Positions 48,805 to 62,007 are shown, counted from the stretch's first letter. The stretch is DNA of 64,000 nucleotides from Hamiltosporidium tvaerminnensis FI-OER-3-3 (GCA_022605425.2 JAKIMF020000007.1:62001-126000); one strand, 5' to 3'. Notes: a model not told the origin generated them from the letters alone. Translations and numbers: made by a program.

Positions 48805-49474
48805 TATGACATTAACGCAGTTCTAGGTTTAACATAAATAACTGCTACCCCAACACTCCCTCGGTAACTCCTGCGATACTTACACGTTATAGCCTTTCAT
48901 CTACCAGGTGTGTAGAACCTATTAATAGACGAGGCTGTTACCCGGAGTTAGTTAATGTGTGTTACATGGAGTGTGATCGGTGGCCGAAGCTCACCCTGGG
49001 TTCAAGACTATGCAGCATTCCCACTTACACTACACTTTCTGAACCCAATAAACTTCTAGCTAAGATATATTTCAGAGACTTACATGGGGTCCACATAGAC
49101 AGTGCAATGTCATACCAACAGGTATAACCTGCTACTTAGCTCTCTCGGCTTTTAATGGTTTTTATTTTTATATCTCCCAGGCGCTAAGTATTCTAACCCG
49201 AGTGAGATGACTAGGTTTCCACCCTTTTACATGGTAATTACCAACATGTTCAGTCGCGGTCTGTAATCTAGCTACATAAAAAACTACAAATAAATTTTTA
49301 GAAAAAAGTTTCTCCGTTTCTTAGACCTCTTCCTCATACAAACTCTCAATGAACAACCAAAGATGTAGTGTGGTTTTATTCCCACCAAAAATATAAACAT
49401 TAATCTCACACCAGTTTCACACACCCATTACCAAGCAGAAAGTTTTTTATGTAGTTATTTTCCCTCTGCCAGTT
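48805..49474 (-). ncRNA. Dispersed structured-repeat family, long form, copy A4 (best preserved); candidate large structured RNA
   Basis: Homologous to A1-A3. The minus strand has ggtgagc(ttcg)gccacc, ggt(ggaa)acc, gcaggt-tat-acctgt, and cttagc/gctaag, tgggttca/tgaaccca, acactcc/ggagtgt, taactcc/ggagtta pairings. The repeat is certain; RNA function is inferred. Confidence 0.55.
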
Positions 49475-49779
49475 CATCCAATAAAATTATAAAAATAGTA
49501 AAAATATGAAATCCGATTTAAAAATGTGATATTTATACAAAAAGAAAAACAATTCAAAAGCGGGAAAATTATTAGATGCAATAAAAAAATAATAATGAAT
49601 TTAAAAGAATAAAATAGAATAATTAGAAGACTAAATAGAGGAATAATGTAAGAAAAATTTTATAGATATAAGAGAATAGAATAAATATAATTGAATAAAA
49701 TAAGAAAAATTTAAATATAATATGATAGTGGAAAAGTTATTAAATAATATTTTTATTACCAAAATACTACTACCAACCA

Positions 49780-50160
49780 TTACAATCTAATATCTTTAAC
49801 AATATCCTTAACGAACTTTTCACATCTACTGCATCCACTCTCAGTATCACTAAATACAGCACATGCAATCACACTTCTACTAACATTACAAGCTTTTCCA
49901 AGTGTACTTTTACTTTTAATATAAACGTACGGTACGTTTTTATCTTCACAAATTAATGGAATGTGCTGTGAAATTTCGAATGGTTCACAATCACCCGCCA
50001 GTACAATTAAGTGTGCTCTTCCTTTGTTTAAACATTTAACGGATTCATTTGCACCTATTTTTATGTTGTTTGTGTCGTTTAACATTTGTATTGTTGTAAA
50101 TATTTTTTGTGACAGATCATCTTCTGCTAAAGGATGAGCTTTTGTATTTACTGTAGTCAT
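49780..50160 (-). CDS. SNU13: Snu13/15.5K (L7Ae family) U4/U6 and box C/D snoRNP protein
   Basis: KAHPLA, GANESVKCLNKG, AGDCEPFEISQHIPLICEDKNVPYVYIKSKSTLGKACNVSRSVIAC. Confidence 0.93.
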   Translation of the reverse strand: MTTVNTKAHPLAEDDLSQKIFTTIQMLNDTNNIKIGANESVKCLNKGRAHLIVLAGDCEPFEISQHIPLICEDKNVPYVYIKSKSTLGKACNVSRSVIACAVFSDTESGCSRCEKFVKDIVKDIRL

Positions 50161-50649
50161 TAAAGGGGTAATATAGTATTGTTTAATACATATTTATAAC
50201 GGCAATTTAAAGTGATTTATAACTGTTTTTTGAAGGGTATTTAGAGATTTTTTATAACGGTCTGTTGTTAGTAATTTAAAGGGTTGGTTGTAACGCTTAT
50301 TTAAAGAGAATTTTAATGATGCAATAATTTTTTAAGATTTTACCAAAATAATTATCTGAGTTTCTACTTGTGTTATTTCTTATATTTCTTTCTATCTTAT
50401 ATTTCTTTCTATCTAACAATAAAATAGAAGAGATAAAATATCAGAGTTTCTAAATCAATTATTTCTTAATTTTATTCCATATAAAATTAAAATATAAGCA
50501 AACACTCTATAAACATATTATAAATAGCAAAAATTAAAAAAACCATTCGTAAATTTTTATTAAATTTATTGTTTTCTACTTTTAGAAAAATAAATACTTT
50601 TTAAATAAAATAATTACGAATTAAAATTTAATTTAATTCATTTGATTTA

Positions 50650-50812
50650 TTCTATAATTATTTATCTTAGAATTTATAGGCAAAAAAAATAATAAAATAC
50701 TTATATTTACTATCTTATACTTAATATTCTATAATTATTTATCTTAGAATTTATAGACAATAAAAATAATAAAATACTTATATTTACTATCTTATACTTA
50801 ATATTCTATAAT
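50650..50812. repeat. Tandem duplication, ~78-bp unit x2
   Basis: ttctataattat-ttatcttagaatttatag-caa-aaaaataataaaatacttatatttactatcttatacttaata is repeated. Confidence 0.8.
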
Positions 50813-52283
50813 TTAATATTTTAACTTCTATACTACTAATGTATACAAATAATTTAATATTCTAAATATTTAATTTCTATATTACTTTATATGATATTTA
50901 ATAGTAAAAATAGGAAATATCAATATTTATATATTAATTTTATAATTATTATTATATACTCTGTCTAATATTAAATAATTTCTTAGATTCTTAATTTATA
51001 AAATATAAATTTTTTTAAGTACTATAGACTGAATGTATGCCTCTATCATTAAAAATATTTGAAGCTTTTTAAGATACATTTTATGATATTTAGTTACAAA
51101 ACAATTATAAATTCTTTATTTTCTTTAAATACTAAATATATAGATAAAACTTAATTCATCTTTAAATATTTCTAATTTCTAAATATCAAAAGTATAATTT
51201 GTTATAAATATTATTCAAATATATTTTTTAAATATTTAAGATTTAACAATTATTATTTTGTTCAGTTTCAACAATCTGAAGTAAATTCTTATAAATTATA
51301 TAATTTTAAAGTTTCAATTATTATAAATAGATTTACTTTTACTTTTTACTTTTTACTTTTACCTTTTTAAATTCTAATAAAATATCAAATTGAATCCTAC
51401 AACTCATTTTTTTTATTTCAAATCTCAAATCTTAAAGTAAATCTTCAAATGTCACTTTGTAGTTCATTCCTTTGATTTATATTTCGAAATTCTTAAATAA
51501 GGGGTATCTAGTGTATAGATTTTTTTTATACCAATAATTGGATTGGAGTAAAGTATTTTTATATGTATGTTACTGAAGTAACAAAGTGTTATACAACTGT
51601 AAAATATAAATTATCTTTCAAGGATACAAATTTAGTATTAAAATTGTGTTTAACAGTGTAATTAGTCTTTATATTGTTTAATTAAAAAAATCTTCTTTTA
51701 CACATTCTAAAGAATATAAAAAAATAGAGAAATGGAGAAATATAGAGAAATGGAGAACTCTTAAAAAATATAAAGAAATGGATAAATAGAGAAATTAAAA
51801 AAAAAAACAGAGAAATGGAGAACTCTTAAAAAAAACCTGATCATTAATATTACTAAAACTACTTAAAATATTTGAAAAATAAAATTATTCAAAATAATTT
51901 CCATTTTTTTATTTATTTTCTTTTACCAAAAATAAGTAAAAAACTACAAAAAATATAATTAAAGAATACAAAAAAGTAAAAGAATTGTGATTAATATTTA
52001 ACAAAATTTTATAATAAATTCCTTAACTTAACTTACATTTTTAAAATATAAATATTTAAAATTAGAAATACTTTATCTATAAACATTGTTATACATACAT
52101 TTAAATCAGTGTGATTAAATAAAAAAAATAAATAAAAAAAAAGATAAGAAAATTAACAACCAATAAATTTATATACTGTAAATGTCAATTTGATATTTTA
52201 TTTATAGAAATATTTGTTGGTTAAAAAATATTTTAAAATATAAAAAAGCCATACGAAAAAAAAGCAAAGAAAAAAAGGAGAAT

Positions 52284-55007
52284 ATGGAAGAGGAAGATTT
52301 AGATATAATTGCACAGAAACCGAAACTTTCTAGTAGTGACAGTGCTATCAAAGTTAATTTAATAACACAGATTGCTATATCTGTGGGCTGCCTCGTATTT
52401 TTTGTTATAGTGAGACCAAAAATGAAGTGGCTTTTTACGCCGAATACACGAAACAAACCCAAGCATCCTGGGTACGGATACGATGGATATTTTAGTTGGG
52501 TTTTACCAATACTAACGGTAGATGATGTTAAGCTTTTGTCTGTAATTGGACTGGACTGTTTTATGATGCTGCAATCTTTAAAAATGCTGTACAGAATTTT
52601 TCTTGTTCTGATTTTTTTTACAGTTCCAACGCTTTGTTTTGTTTATTGGCACGGAAACAACCAAGAAGAAAATCTAAACCAACTTTTTTTAAAACTTTCT
52701 ATAACAAATTTTAAGAAAAAAGATATCAGAATTTGGCTTCCTGTTATTGCTGTACATTTGACTTCGTTAGTTATTTTTTATTTAGTTTATATTTATTATA
52801 AAAAATTTGTGCCTTTGAGACAAGCTTATATAAGAAATCCTGCTACTATGACTTCTATTCCCACACTCAAACGTATTTCTTTTGATTTATCTTCTGTTAC
52901 AGATGCAATTGAATATGTCAATATGCCAGCAAGAACACTATTGTTTACAAGATTGCCTTCGTTTATAGAAGACGATGATGATTTGGCGCAATTCGTTACT
53001 GCTTTAGGAGTTGGGGAAATAGAAGATTGTATTTTAGTAAGAAATACCAAAAACTTAAATAAATATTGTCAAGCCAAAGAAGTTTATATAAGAGAGATAG
53101 AAAGGGAAATCGATTACAGTTTCAGAAATATAAATGATTGGTCTGCCGACCACGTAGAAAAATGTGAAAAAAATATTTCTGGATTCGACAAAAAAAATGT
53201 AATTTTAACAGCAGAACACAATTTTTCGGACCAAGTTTTTGAAGATGAAGAAAAAACAGAAATCGTAAAAAAATATTTTGCTGGCTTCAAATCTTTTAAA
53301 AGAAAACATAAAAAGAATGAAATAGCCTTGGATTTAAATCTTTCTAAATTACAAAAAACGTATCAAAAGATAAATGACGAAAAAATAGCTTTACACGATG
53401 TAAAAAAACCAGAAGATAAAGATGTCATAGAATTGATGGGAAAGAAAGAAGCATTGTTTCCAAGAGAAGATTACACAAGAAATGTCAGTTTTTTTTCTTT
53501 TTCTCATTTTATTCATATAAATAAGCACTATAAATATTTTACTTTGGAATTACCGGTATTTACTAAAACAGGATTTGTAACTTTTAAAAGTAAAAAAGCT
53601 GCAAATATTATTGCACAGTCACTGATTGGTTCAAAGGTTTTTTCATGTACGGCTACACCTGCACCTGCGCCTAAGGATATTATCTGGGCGCATATCAATA
53701 TGGGAGAGGTAGAAGCTTATTTTAAGAATATTATAGGAACTTTGGTATTTATAATTTTAATATTTGCTTTTTATACTTTGGTTTTTATTTTGACTGGTTT
53801 TCTTCATTTAAATAAGTTAGAACAGAAATTTCCAAATATAAAAATAATTACGAAATTCAAAACGGTCAAAGAATCTTTTGATGGAATTGTCACACCTTTA
53901 ATTTATAATGCATTACTTTGTTTGGCACCTATTTTTCTTACTGCTTTGTCGTACTCTGAAGGTGTTCATTGCTACTCATTATTACAGTATAAAATGATGG
54001 ATAGATACGGGCTTTTTCTTCTCTTTAATGGTTTTTTGGCTTTGATGTTTACTTCTACGTTTTTTACGATGTTTAAAGACTTATACACCGGTGAAAAACA
54101 GTTTGGAGAGGTTATAGAAGATATAGGTAAGTCACTTATCGATTCGGCTGTATTTTTTTCTAATACAATAATTCAGAGAGCGCTGATGGGAAATGTAATG
54201 TTTCTTTTGAAGCCTTTAAACATTTTTATTCAGTATTTTGTGGATCATTTTGGTGATGAAAAGACACGAAGAGAAAAAATCGAATCTCGATATCCGGTAA
54301 GTTTAGACTTTGGTTTTATTTATCCGACTGTGCTTTTATGTTTTCCTATGACACTTTCTTATAGTGTGATAAGTCCTTTAATATTATTTATAGGTGCATT
54401 TTATTATATTACGACGTACCTTGTCTTTAAAAATGAATGTTTATACGCAGTTGGTAATAATTTTGAAGCTGGTGGTATACATTGGGATCTTGTGTGTAAA
54501 TATGTTATTTATTCTTTAATTATATTTCAAAGCTGCTCTGCAGCTCAAATATTTGTACTTGGATCTAAATTAGGAGCATTTTCAATTATACCTATGATTA
54601 TAATTACAGTTTATTTTAAAAAAGGTATAGAAACGATGTTTACAAAATCTTGTAATTACTATCCGTTGAATGTACAAGAAGAACAATATATTGATGAGTT
54701 TAGTGCTAAAGTATTACAGGAACGAACTCTTTTACTTGAAGATTGGGATGAAACAGCAGATGATATTGATATTGATAGTGTGGGACTTGATAGTCTAGGC
54801 TTTTGTGATGTGGAGGAACAAGGAAAGAAATTTCCTTATCGTGATCCGAGTTTATTTTCTTCATTTTCTAGATTATTTTTACCACACAATTTCATAAAAA
54901 CGATGTGTTTTATTGAAAAATATGATAAAAACAATATCTTTAAGATGAGAGATGAGACAGAAGAGAGTAAGGGATTTTTTGGTTGGATTTTGAGTTGGTT
55001 TAAATAA
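52284..55007 (+). CDS. OSCA/TMEM63/CSC1 (Rsn1/Phm7-like) mechanosensitive Ca2+-permeable cation channel
   Basis: N-terminal TM, GLDCFMML, LKLSITN, GFVTFKS, APAPKDIIWAHI, YSVISPLIL, FEAGGIHW; about 11 TM segments. Confidence 0.93.
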   Translation: MEEEDLDIIAQKPKLSSSDSAIKVNLITQIAISVGCLVFFVIVRPKMKWLFTPNTRNKPKHPGYGYDGYFSWVLPILTVDDVKLLSVIGLDCFMMLQSLKMLYRIFLVLIFFTVPTLCFVYWHGNNQEENLNQLFLKLSITNFKKKDIRIWLPVIAVHLTSLVIFYLVYIYYKKFVPLRQAYIRNPATMTSIPTLKRISFDLSSVTDAIEYVNMPARTLLFTRLPSFIEDDDDLAQFVTALGVGEIEDCILVRNTKNLNKYCQAKEVYIREIEREIDYSFRNINDWSADHVEKCEKNISGFDKKNVILTAEHNFSDQVFEDEEKTEIVKKYFAGFKSFKRKHKKNEIALDLNLSKLQKTYQKINDEKIALHDVKKPEDKDVIELMGKKEALFPREDYTRNVSFFSFSHFIHINKHYKYFTLELPVFTKTGFVTFKSKKAANIIAQSLIGSKVFSCTATPAPAPKDIIWAHINMGEVEAYFKNIIGTLVFIILIFAFYTLVFILTGFLHLNKLEQKFPNIKIITKFKTVKESFDGIVTPLIYNALLCLAPIFLTALSYSEGVHCYSLLQYKMMDRYGLFLLFNGFLALMFTSTFFTMFKDLYTGEKQFGEVIEDIGKSLIDSAVFFSNTIIQRALMGNVMFLLKPLNIFIQYFVDHFGDEKTRREKIESRYPVSLDFGFIYPTVLLCFPMTLSYSVISPLILFIGAFYYITTYLVFKNECLYAVGNNFEAGGIHWDLVCKYVIYSLIIFQSCSAAQIFVLGSKLGAFSIIPMIIITVYFKKGIETMFTKSCNYYPLNVQEEQYIDEFSAKVLQERTLLLEDWDETADDIDIDSVGLDSLGFCDVEEQGKKFPYRDPSLFSSFSRLFLPHNFIKTMCFIEKYDKNNIFKMRDETEESKGFFGWILSWFK

Positions 55008-55614
55008 AAAAAAATTTATACTTTTTTTTTGCGTTTCTCTACCAATTAAAAATATCTTTTAGGTTTCCTATTTTTTCGTTGGTGAATTTATTTGACGTAT
55101 TGTTTTTTTAACGAATGAATTCTTTTTTTTCTTCAAATCATCCTTTTTTTATCTTTTGTTCATTTATTTTCTTGAAATTTGATATGTAATTTTGTCGGAG
55201 TTTGTGAAAAAGTTTATTTGTCTGGCGAATGTTAAAGCTAATGGTAAGATTATTTAATGATATAAATTTAGGGTTTTTTTGTTTTTTAGAAGTAATTATA
55301 TTTGGTTTACATCTCTAATTTTTCTTTATATTTTGATAATTCATGATTAATCTAAAATTATATTTTAGTTATTTCTAGTTCCGGAAAATAATTTAATAGC
55401 CATAAAATTAATCTAAAATTTTGAAACTACGTTGTATGGTTATTAGTGCAATGTTTGGTTAGTTATATTTACCACTTAGGTTAGTATATTCATGTGTTTT
55501 AAGGAAATATACTTGATTTTCGTGAACTTCATTTGTATTAGAAAAAAAGAATATACATGTTTTTTTCGTATAAATTAATATCAATAGAACTTTTTTGCTG
55601 TCTTTTTGCTTCTT

Positions 55615-55831
55615 CTTATGGAGCAAAGATAACCAAATTAAAAACCATCTGCTTGGCAATGAGTATTTATAATTGTTAGAAAATCATTTTTTAGATTTTG
55701 GTGGGATATAATTCACATTGCATCTATAGGTAAATCTCGTATAATCCCGAATTACAACAAATTAAAAGAAAGAAATAAGAAATTTCCATCTGTTCATCTA
55801 GACACCGAGATGTAAAAGATGGTAGGAATAA
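55615..55831 (+). repeat. Dispersed structured-repeat family, short form, copy B4
   Basis: aaaaaccatctgcttggcaatgag..ttttggtgggatataa..tataatcccgaatt..gttcatctagacaccgagatgtaaaagatgg. Confidence 0.88.
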
Positions 55832-57462
55832 TTGTGTAAATATTTAAAAACCTCAATGCAAACAAATAAATTATTCCAACAGAAAAAAATCTTGAGTCAC
55901 ATTTCTTCTAGAAAAAATTGCAAAAAAATGTTTTCCTTTAGATTGAATTCCTTCGGATTTAATTAAGACCAATATTTATGTTTACAATTTTAAAATCAGT
56001 TTAATTATCATCTTGCTGGTATAAGTCTCACTAAGAGCTCAAACTACAATCAACTTTTATCTTTCACGATAAAGAGTTCGTTTTCTCATTTAGCTATGCC
56101 CAAACTACTAAGATATTTCTTAAATCATCGAATTTTAGGGCAAATAATAAGTTGAAAGACTATCGGATTTCCCATTCATTGCTTTTTCAGTCATATTTCT
56201 GATATTCTTTCAATTTCGATAAAATAAACTTAAGATCTAGTATAAATTTATAGGGATTTATATTTTTAGATTTTTTCCATTCTATTAGCTAGTTTAGTGT
56301 TAATTTCATAAATTTTAAAAGATAATTCGTTCCACTATGCCTAGCATCGCTTCGTTTCTTAGATTAAATTTTGTTTTTAATAGCCTAAAAAATCTGATAA
56401 GGCCAGTAAAAAACCATTTCATCGTGCTATTATTCCTCTTCCTCAAACTTCTAGATTTTTAGATTCTTCTTGCGAGCTTAATATTTTTTTATTTCTTGAT
56501 TTTCTTTCCACTTTATTTCTGCACTTTGTCGTTGTTATCAGTCAGAAAAACTCTTAGATATTTAAAAGAAGATATTTTTTTGGTTTCTCGATGCGATTAT
56601 GATTTTGTTTTACTCCCATTTATAAAAAGGCTCGCTTCTCGGGATTCATTGCGACTTGTCTGAAATTTGTCAAAGATCTACGGGTTTCTTTGCCAAGAGG
56701 CATATGTAATTATCGTAGTCATGTATTTATACTTCTTTGTTGAACAGAGTTTTTTTTTTCTAAGTATCTTTTACTTTTCAAATAGCTTTTTCAAGCGTCA
56801 TATTTAAATGCATAAGAGAGAGCAAATCTCTGAATATTTCTGGCCGAAAAAATTCAGAATTTGTTTTATTCGTATTTTTTTAATTGGTCTTACAATCTTC
56901 TCGGATATCTTCAGCTCGAATAGTGTTTCAAAATGAAAGTTTAGATAAACACTATAAGCTTGCGCACAGTCTGAAAGGCTGAAGAATGTTTTAATGTGTT
57001 CTCAACATTTTTGAATGAATCATTTGCGGTACATATTTGATTAGTCGTTTAATTTTTGGTTTCTAAAACTAGCTTGAAGTTTCCTGAACATCTTCTAGAT
57101 TTGGCTCAAGAAATTTACAATATATTTGAACCGAACAATATTAGTAGATTTCAGAAAGAATTTACTTCATAAAAAGTACTTTCATTAATTATTCCCCATC
57201 AATATTTTTTAAGTAAAATCCTAGCAAATTTTATATTTTCCCGTAGTTATTACCTTCTTTAAAGATTTTTAAATTAACTACAAATTTATCATATATAAAT
57301 CAGAAATATTTATGTTAACAAATTCAAAATAAAATACTCATCGTTCTTTTTATTGATTTCTCTTCTATAGAATTATACTCATTGAGATTCTTTTAGTTCA
57401 TTTTTTTAATACCGAATTTTAAAACAATTTCAATCAATCTTTAAATTATCTACCCTTTATTT

Positions 57463-57900
57463 ATGGAAAATAATTATTATCCAAAGCTGTTTAATACCGG
57501 GCAAAAAGAAAAAACCAAAGAATGTGTAGAAACAAAAGAAGAAGATTCGGAAGTTCCTTTACTATCACTAGAAGACGAAACACTATTATCTAGAAATCCA
57601 TGTACAAGAAGATATGTTACAGTATTTGGTTTTTCTTTACAAAATTCTGATTATGTAATTTCTCAGATAAAAAAATGCGGAGAAATTAAAAGAATCGAGT
57701 ATGGAAAGAATTGGGTTGATGTGGAATTCGAATATGACTATGAAATATCGAAGTGTTTGGCTTTAAACAATATAAAAATAAATGGAGAAATTATAGGTTG
57801 TTTTAGAAATGGAATACATGTGGCGAAAACAAAAGATGTTTTTTCTACTCAAAGAAAAGGATTAATTGGTAGAATTCTTGAATACTTTCTTGGTAGATAA
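57463..57900 (+). CDS. NUP53: Nup53/Nup35-type RRM nucleoporin (minimal)
   Basis: YVTVFGF....DYVISQIKKCGEI....GKNWVDVEF.......CLALNNIKINGEIIG, plus a C-terminal amphipathic helix (GLIGRILEYFLG). Confidence 0.8.
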   Translation: MENNYYPKLFNTGQKEKTKECVETKEEDSEVPLLSLEDETLLSRNPCTRRYVTVFGFSLQNSDYVISQIKKCGEIKRIEYGKNWVDVEFEYDYEISKCLALNNIKINGEIIGCFRNGIHVAKTKDVFSTQRKGLIGRILEYFLGR

Positions 57901-60900
57901 TTTTATATAATTTTTTTTTTAATTTTATTCATTTTATATCTTTCTAGCTAAAAATTAAATATGAATGTTTCTGATATTTTTTTTCTTTTCTTCAAATGTA
58001 AATATATTTTTAAATGTAAACATTAGGCATAAATAAATATGAAAGACTTAAAAATTTCAAAAAGAAAAACAAAAAATAGCTGTTTAACATTATGAAAGGA
58101 TTTAAAAGCAAAAAATGAAGGAAACTAAAATTATGATATTTACCAAATCTTATGATTTTTATTTAATTATAAAATATATGATTGAACTTGTTTACAGAGG
58201 ATATATCATAATTGATCAGTTAATAAGTACAATATCATTCTTCATTTGATACATCAAATCCCTCATTTGGATCGAGGTATCTGGTTGTGAATAGCCGTAG
58301 ATCGACAACTTTTTTTAGATATATTCCATACAGAAATATTTTCACCTACACTGACTTACTGAATATTTTTGAAGCTATAAATCAGGATTTGTTCAGGTGT
58401 ATGATTATAGCAATAAAAATAAGTTTGGAAGACTGTCTGAAATTTCGTGTTCGCTTACTGAAGCTACCGAGGTGGTTTAGATGTGCTATTACATTCGATG
58501 TCACAAAAAATGCACAATTTTGGACAAACTAGAGGAGAAAAAATGAAATCAAAACTAAACGTATCTTTAATCGCTTGATATATTGTAGTATTGAAAATTA
58601 TACTAGTAAAACGTCGAAGATAAAAAATTTGAATTAAATCCAGGGGATTTTGGAGAAATATATAAACAGTCTATACTTTGAAATTGAATTTTTATATAAA
58701 GTTGTTAACAGCAAAATACTAAATTTCATTGTTCTAATTACTGATGAATATGTTTATACACATATAATAATACTAAAAGAGACCCCAAAGTAATAGCCAG
58801 ACATAATATATGATATGGTAATACAAATGTAATGATAAGCCTATGTTGCTGTAAAGAACTTACGAAATAGAATTCTGTAGTCAATAATTTTCTATGATTA
58901 TCTTGATTGACTAAAGTAATAAAAAAATTCGTGAGTTTAAAATAAGATTTTAAAAATATAAGAGCAAGTTTAATTTGAATTCAATCGAACAAAAAGATTT
59001 TAGGAAATGTTAAATCAAAAAAATGAACCCCCTATATATCCTTGATAATAGATTAATATGGTGAAAGGATGAAAAAAAATTCAAAAAGCGAAAAATTTAT
59101 TGAGATATTTCTAGGTTTCTAATATCAAGGTATATCTGAATATATTTATTCTAAAGTTGATAGAATAAAATTATAATTTGTGATTTTATTTGTGCAACAA
59201 AAAAATGACACAGTCATGTATGATGATTATTTTATATTTTTTAACTTAATAATTTTGGATCAGTGATAATTCCTGAAAGTTTATATGTTACTTATAAGCT
59301 TCTAAATTTGTATGATTTATATTTATTCTATGTTTTATTTATTCAACAAAAACCTGCAACTCTTCACAAATATCTTTATAATATTCTGTAAGTTATATTT
59401 TAAGAAGACAATCTTAGAATTAATTCATTACATGGTAACTTCGTAACCAATTTCCAAAAAACGTGTCACCAAAAAGAAGAAAATACTACACCTTATATAT
59501 TTACATCAAGGTAGTTAATTGAAGTATTATATTCAAGGCAAGGGTTTTCGGTATCTTTAGAACATTTGTTTGAGCACTAAAAGATGTGAAAATAATTCAT
59601 AAACTCCCCCTACCGAATAGTGCCTATATAAATATTATAACATAGCTTCAATATCTATGATAGTCATTCTGGAGAAAAATATATTGTTCGAACATGTTTA
59701 ATTTATTGAAATGATCTAAATTAGATTAACTGAGTAAATCTTGAAATTTAAAACGACAAAAATATCAAAATAAAAATAAGACAATTATTTAGGCTTATAT
59801 GATCATAACCGAAAGTCTTTGAGTTTTAATTTACCGAAATATTATGTGTTCTATATTATTAGTGTTATTTATGGTTTCTGTAGCCACTGACTCAAATTAA
59901 AAAATATTAAAAACCCGAAAAACATATCAAACGAGTGTTTATAATCGGCAAATTTCTTTGTAGAGATGTTTCAAACACATTTTCTTGATAAGGTGAGTGT
60001 CAATCGACATGAAGGAATATGAAATTTAATTTCTTTTTAGGAACTTAGAAATTTCAATGAGTGTGTAAAATTGTGCATTTTCAAAAAAGATTTTTTCTTT
60101 TTATAATATTCTATGATTTATAAATACTTGGAATTAATAGAATGCAAAACCCGCTTTGAATTGTTCAATCAAAAAAATAAAAGAAAATATTCCATCTTAC
60201 CCGAAAATAGTTATCGCCTCAAATATAACACATGAATAATTCTACGCAATCAATTAACATGCGATATCATCGATAACTAGCATATTGAAGTACCCTGAGT
60301 ATAACATTATACATTCTTTATATATTTTATATGGTATGTAGGTATTTATGGATAATATGATTTCTCATGGAATACTATTGAGATAATATCTATACCTGCT
60401 TACATCTTAACTGAGAAGAAACAATGTATGTCGATATGTGCAGAATCATATATTTTTGCGGTTTTGGATTATCTGGAGAAAAGCAATAAATATAAATAAA
60501 AAAACCAGCAGCTTTTTACGGGAAAGATAATGATTAATCTTCTTATATCAATAAAATATAGAAATAGAGATTATAAAATAAATATAAAAAACAACTCGAT
60601 AACATATTTTTAAACCATATTCTTAAAAACGTAAATCAAATTCAAAGTTATATAAGACTATTGAAATAATAACCTAAAATTTTAAGATTTTTCAAAATAA
60701 CTCATAAATAGAGAATCGAGCCATAAAAAATCGATGTTCATTTAGATTTAATATACAATTGTATTTTTGGAATATAGAAAAAAGGATTTACACATTATAT
60801 AAATCTAATAATGCTTGTAAAGCGATTGGCGTTTATAAGAGAAAAAAAAGTTTTATGATATACCATATTAGTAGGAAAAATAAGTTTTGAATCGAGTGCT

Positions 60901-62007
60901 CTAAATTTTCTAAATAAAGATTAAAATATGTCCATGAATAATAGAAGCTATCTGTTCTATAAAATATTGGTATTAATACATCAAATGAAAGTGAAACTTG
61001 GATAAAAAATGATCTCAAAACCAGAAATAATAAACATAAAATATTAATTTAAGTTAAAATTTTAAATATAGAAGGTAAGACGCATTTGGTTATAATTAAA
61101 TTAAATTATTTGAAACGTAAAAACCACGCAAGCACGAGTTATCTACCAAACGATTAGACTAAATTACTTTCAGTAGTAAATTTTCTCATTTTAAGAATAA
61201 CGAAGTTTGCTGTAACTAAATACAATAAAACACATCTTAGATACTCAAAATACAAATAATAATAAAGACAATACTCGGTTTCTGGTACTGATAAAACCAT
61301 TTCAAAAATTCATTTCTTCGATTTGAAGAATGAGCCATGACTAAATTTCGTCCGGTGTTTAAAACCAATATTTAAAGATACAATATAAAAACTCGATTTC
61401 CTTTTACCATTATGAGCCAATAAATAATAAAATGGTACAAGCCATGCTTCTGAATTTCTGGAATTATTCATATAAGAAAACAAATACCAAAGTATTCACT
61501 TAAAAAAGAAACAATTATCAAATGAAAAGTATAGTCTAAATCACATGAGGAAGGAGGTGGTGTATGGGAATTAAAATCACAAGAAAAAAACTTTATAAAA
61601 GGAAATTTCCTAGCAATAATTTTTTTAGGTTTTAATAAATAAATTTTTAAACAAAAAATTACAAATTTTATATTGTTTGAATGGTTTTAGGGGTATTATC
61701 CGTTTTATCGTATAACCTTTAATCAAATTTAAGATATTAAAAAATTAATTTAATATTTCAACTGAAAAAATCTTAATTCTTTACGATTTAAAAATATATA
61801 TAAATATAAAAAATTGATAGAGTTTTGAATATAATTGTTGAAGATAAATTACAATTGAGCCAAATCAATTCGAAATAGCAAAATAAATTCAATAGAAATT
61901 TTTAAATCAGAAATTAATAGTAAAAAATAAATATTTTTTTCTATTTCTAACTGGTTGTAATGAAAGTAATTTAAATCCAAAATATCTTTATTTCTAAGAT
62001 ATTTATT

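Noticed and set aside
48805-48835. DINAVLG peptide as a TnpB/Fanzor RuvC-III remnant
   Set aside because: Only four residues resemble DxNA; there is no upstream zinc finger or open frame, and the conservation is explained by RNA pairing.
48805-49474. Long repeat as a group I or group II intron, hammerhead ribozyme or rRNA fragment
   Set aside because: R-like (tcagagact) and S-like (atagtc) words fall on opposite strands. No AGC/CGC domain-V hairpin, no conserved CUGANGA/GAAA core, and no universal rRNA motifs were found.
56000-57120. Possible degenerate mobile-element ORF
   Set aside because: Slightly GC-elevated, but no assignable domain.
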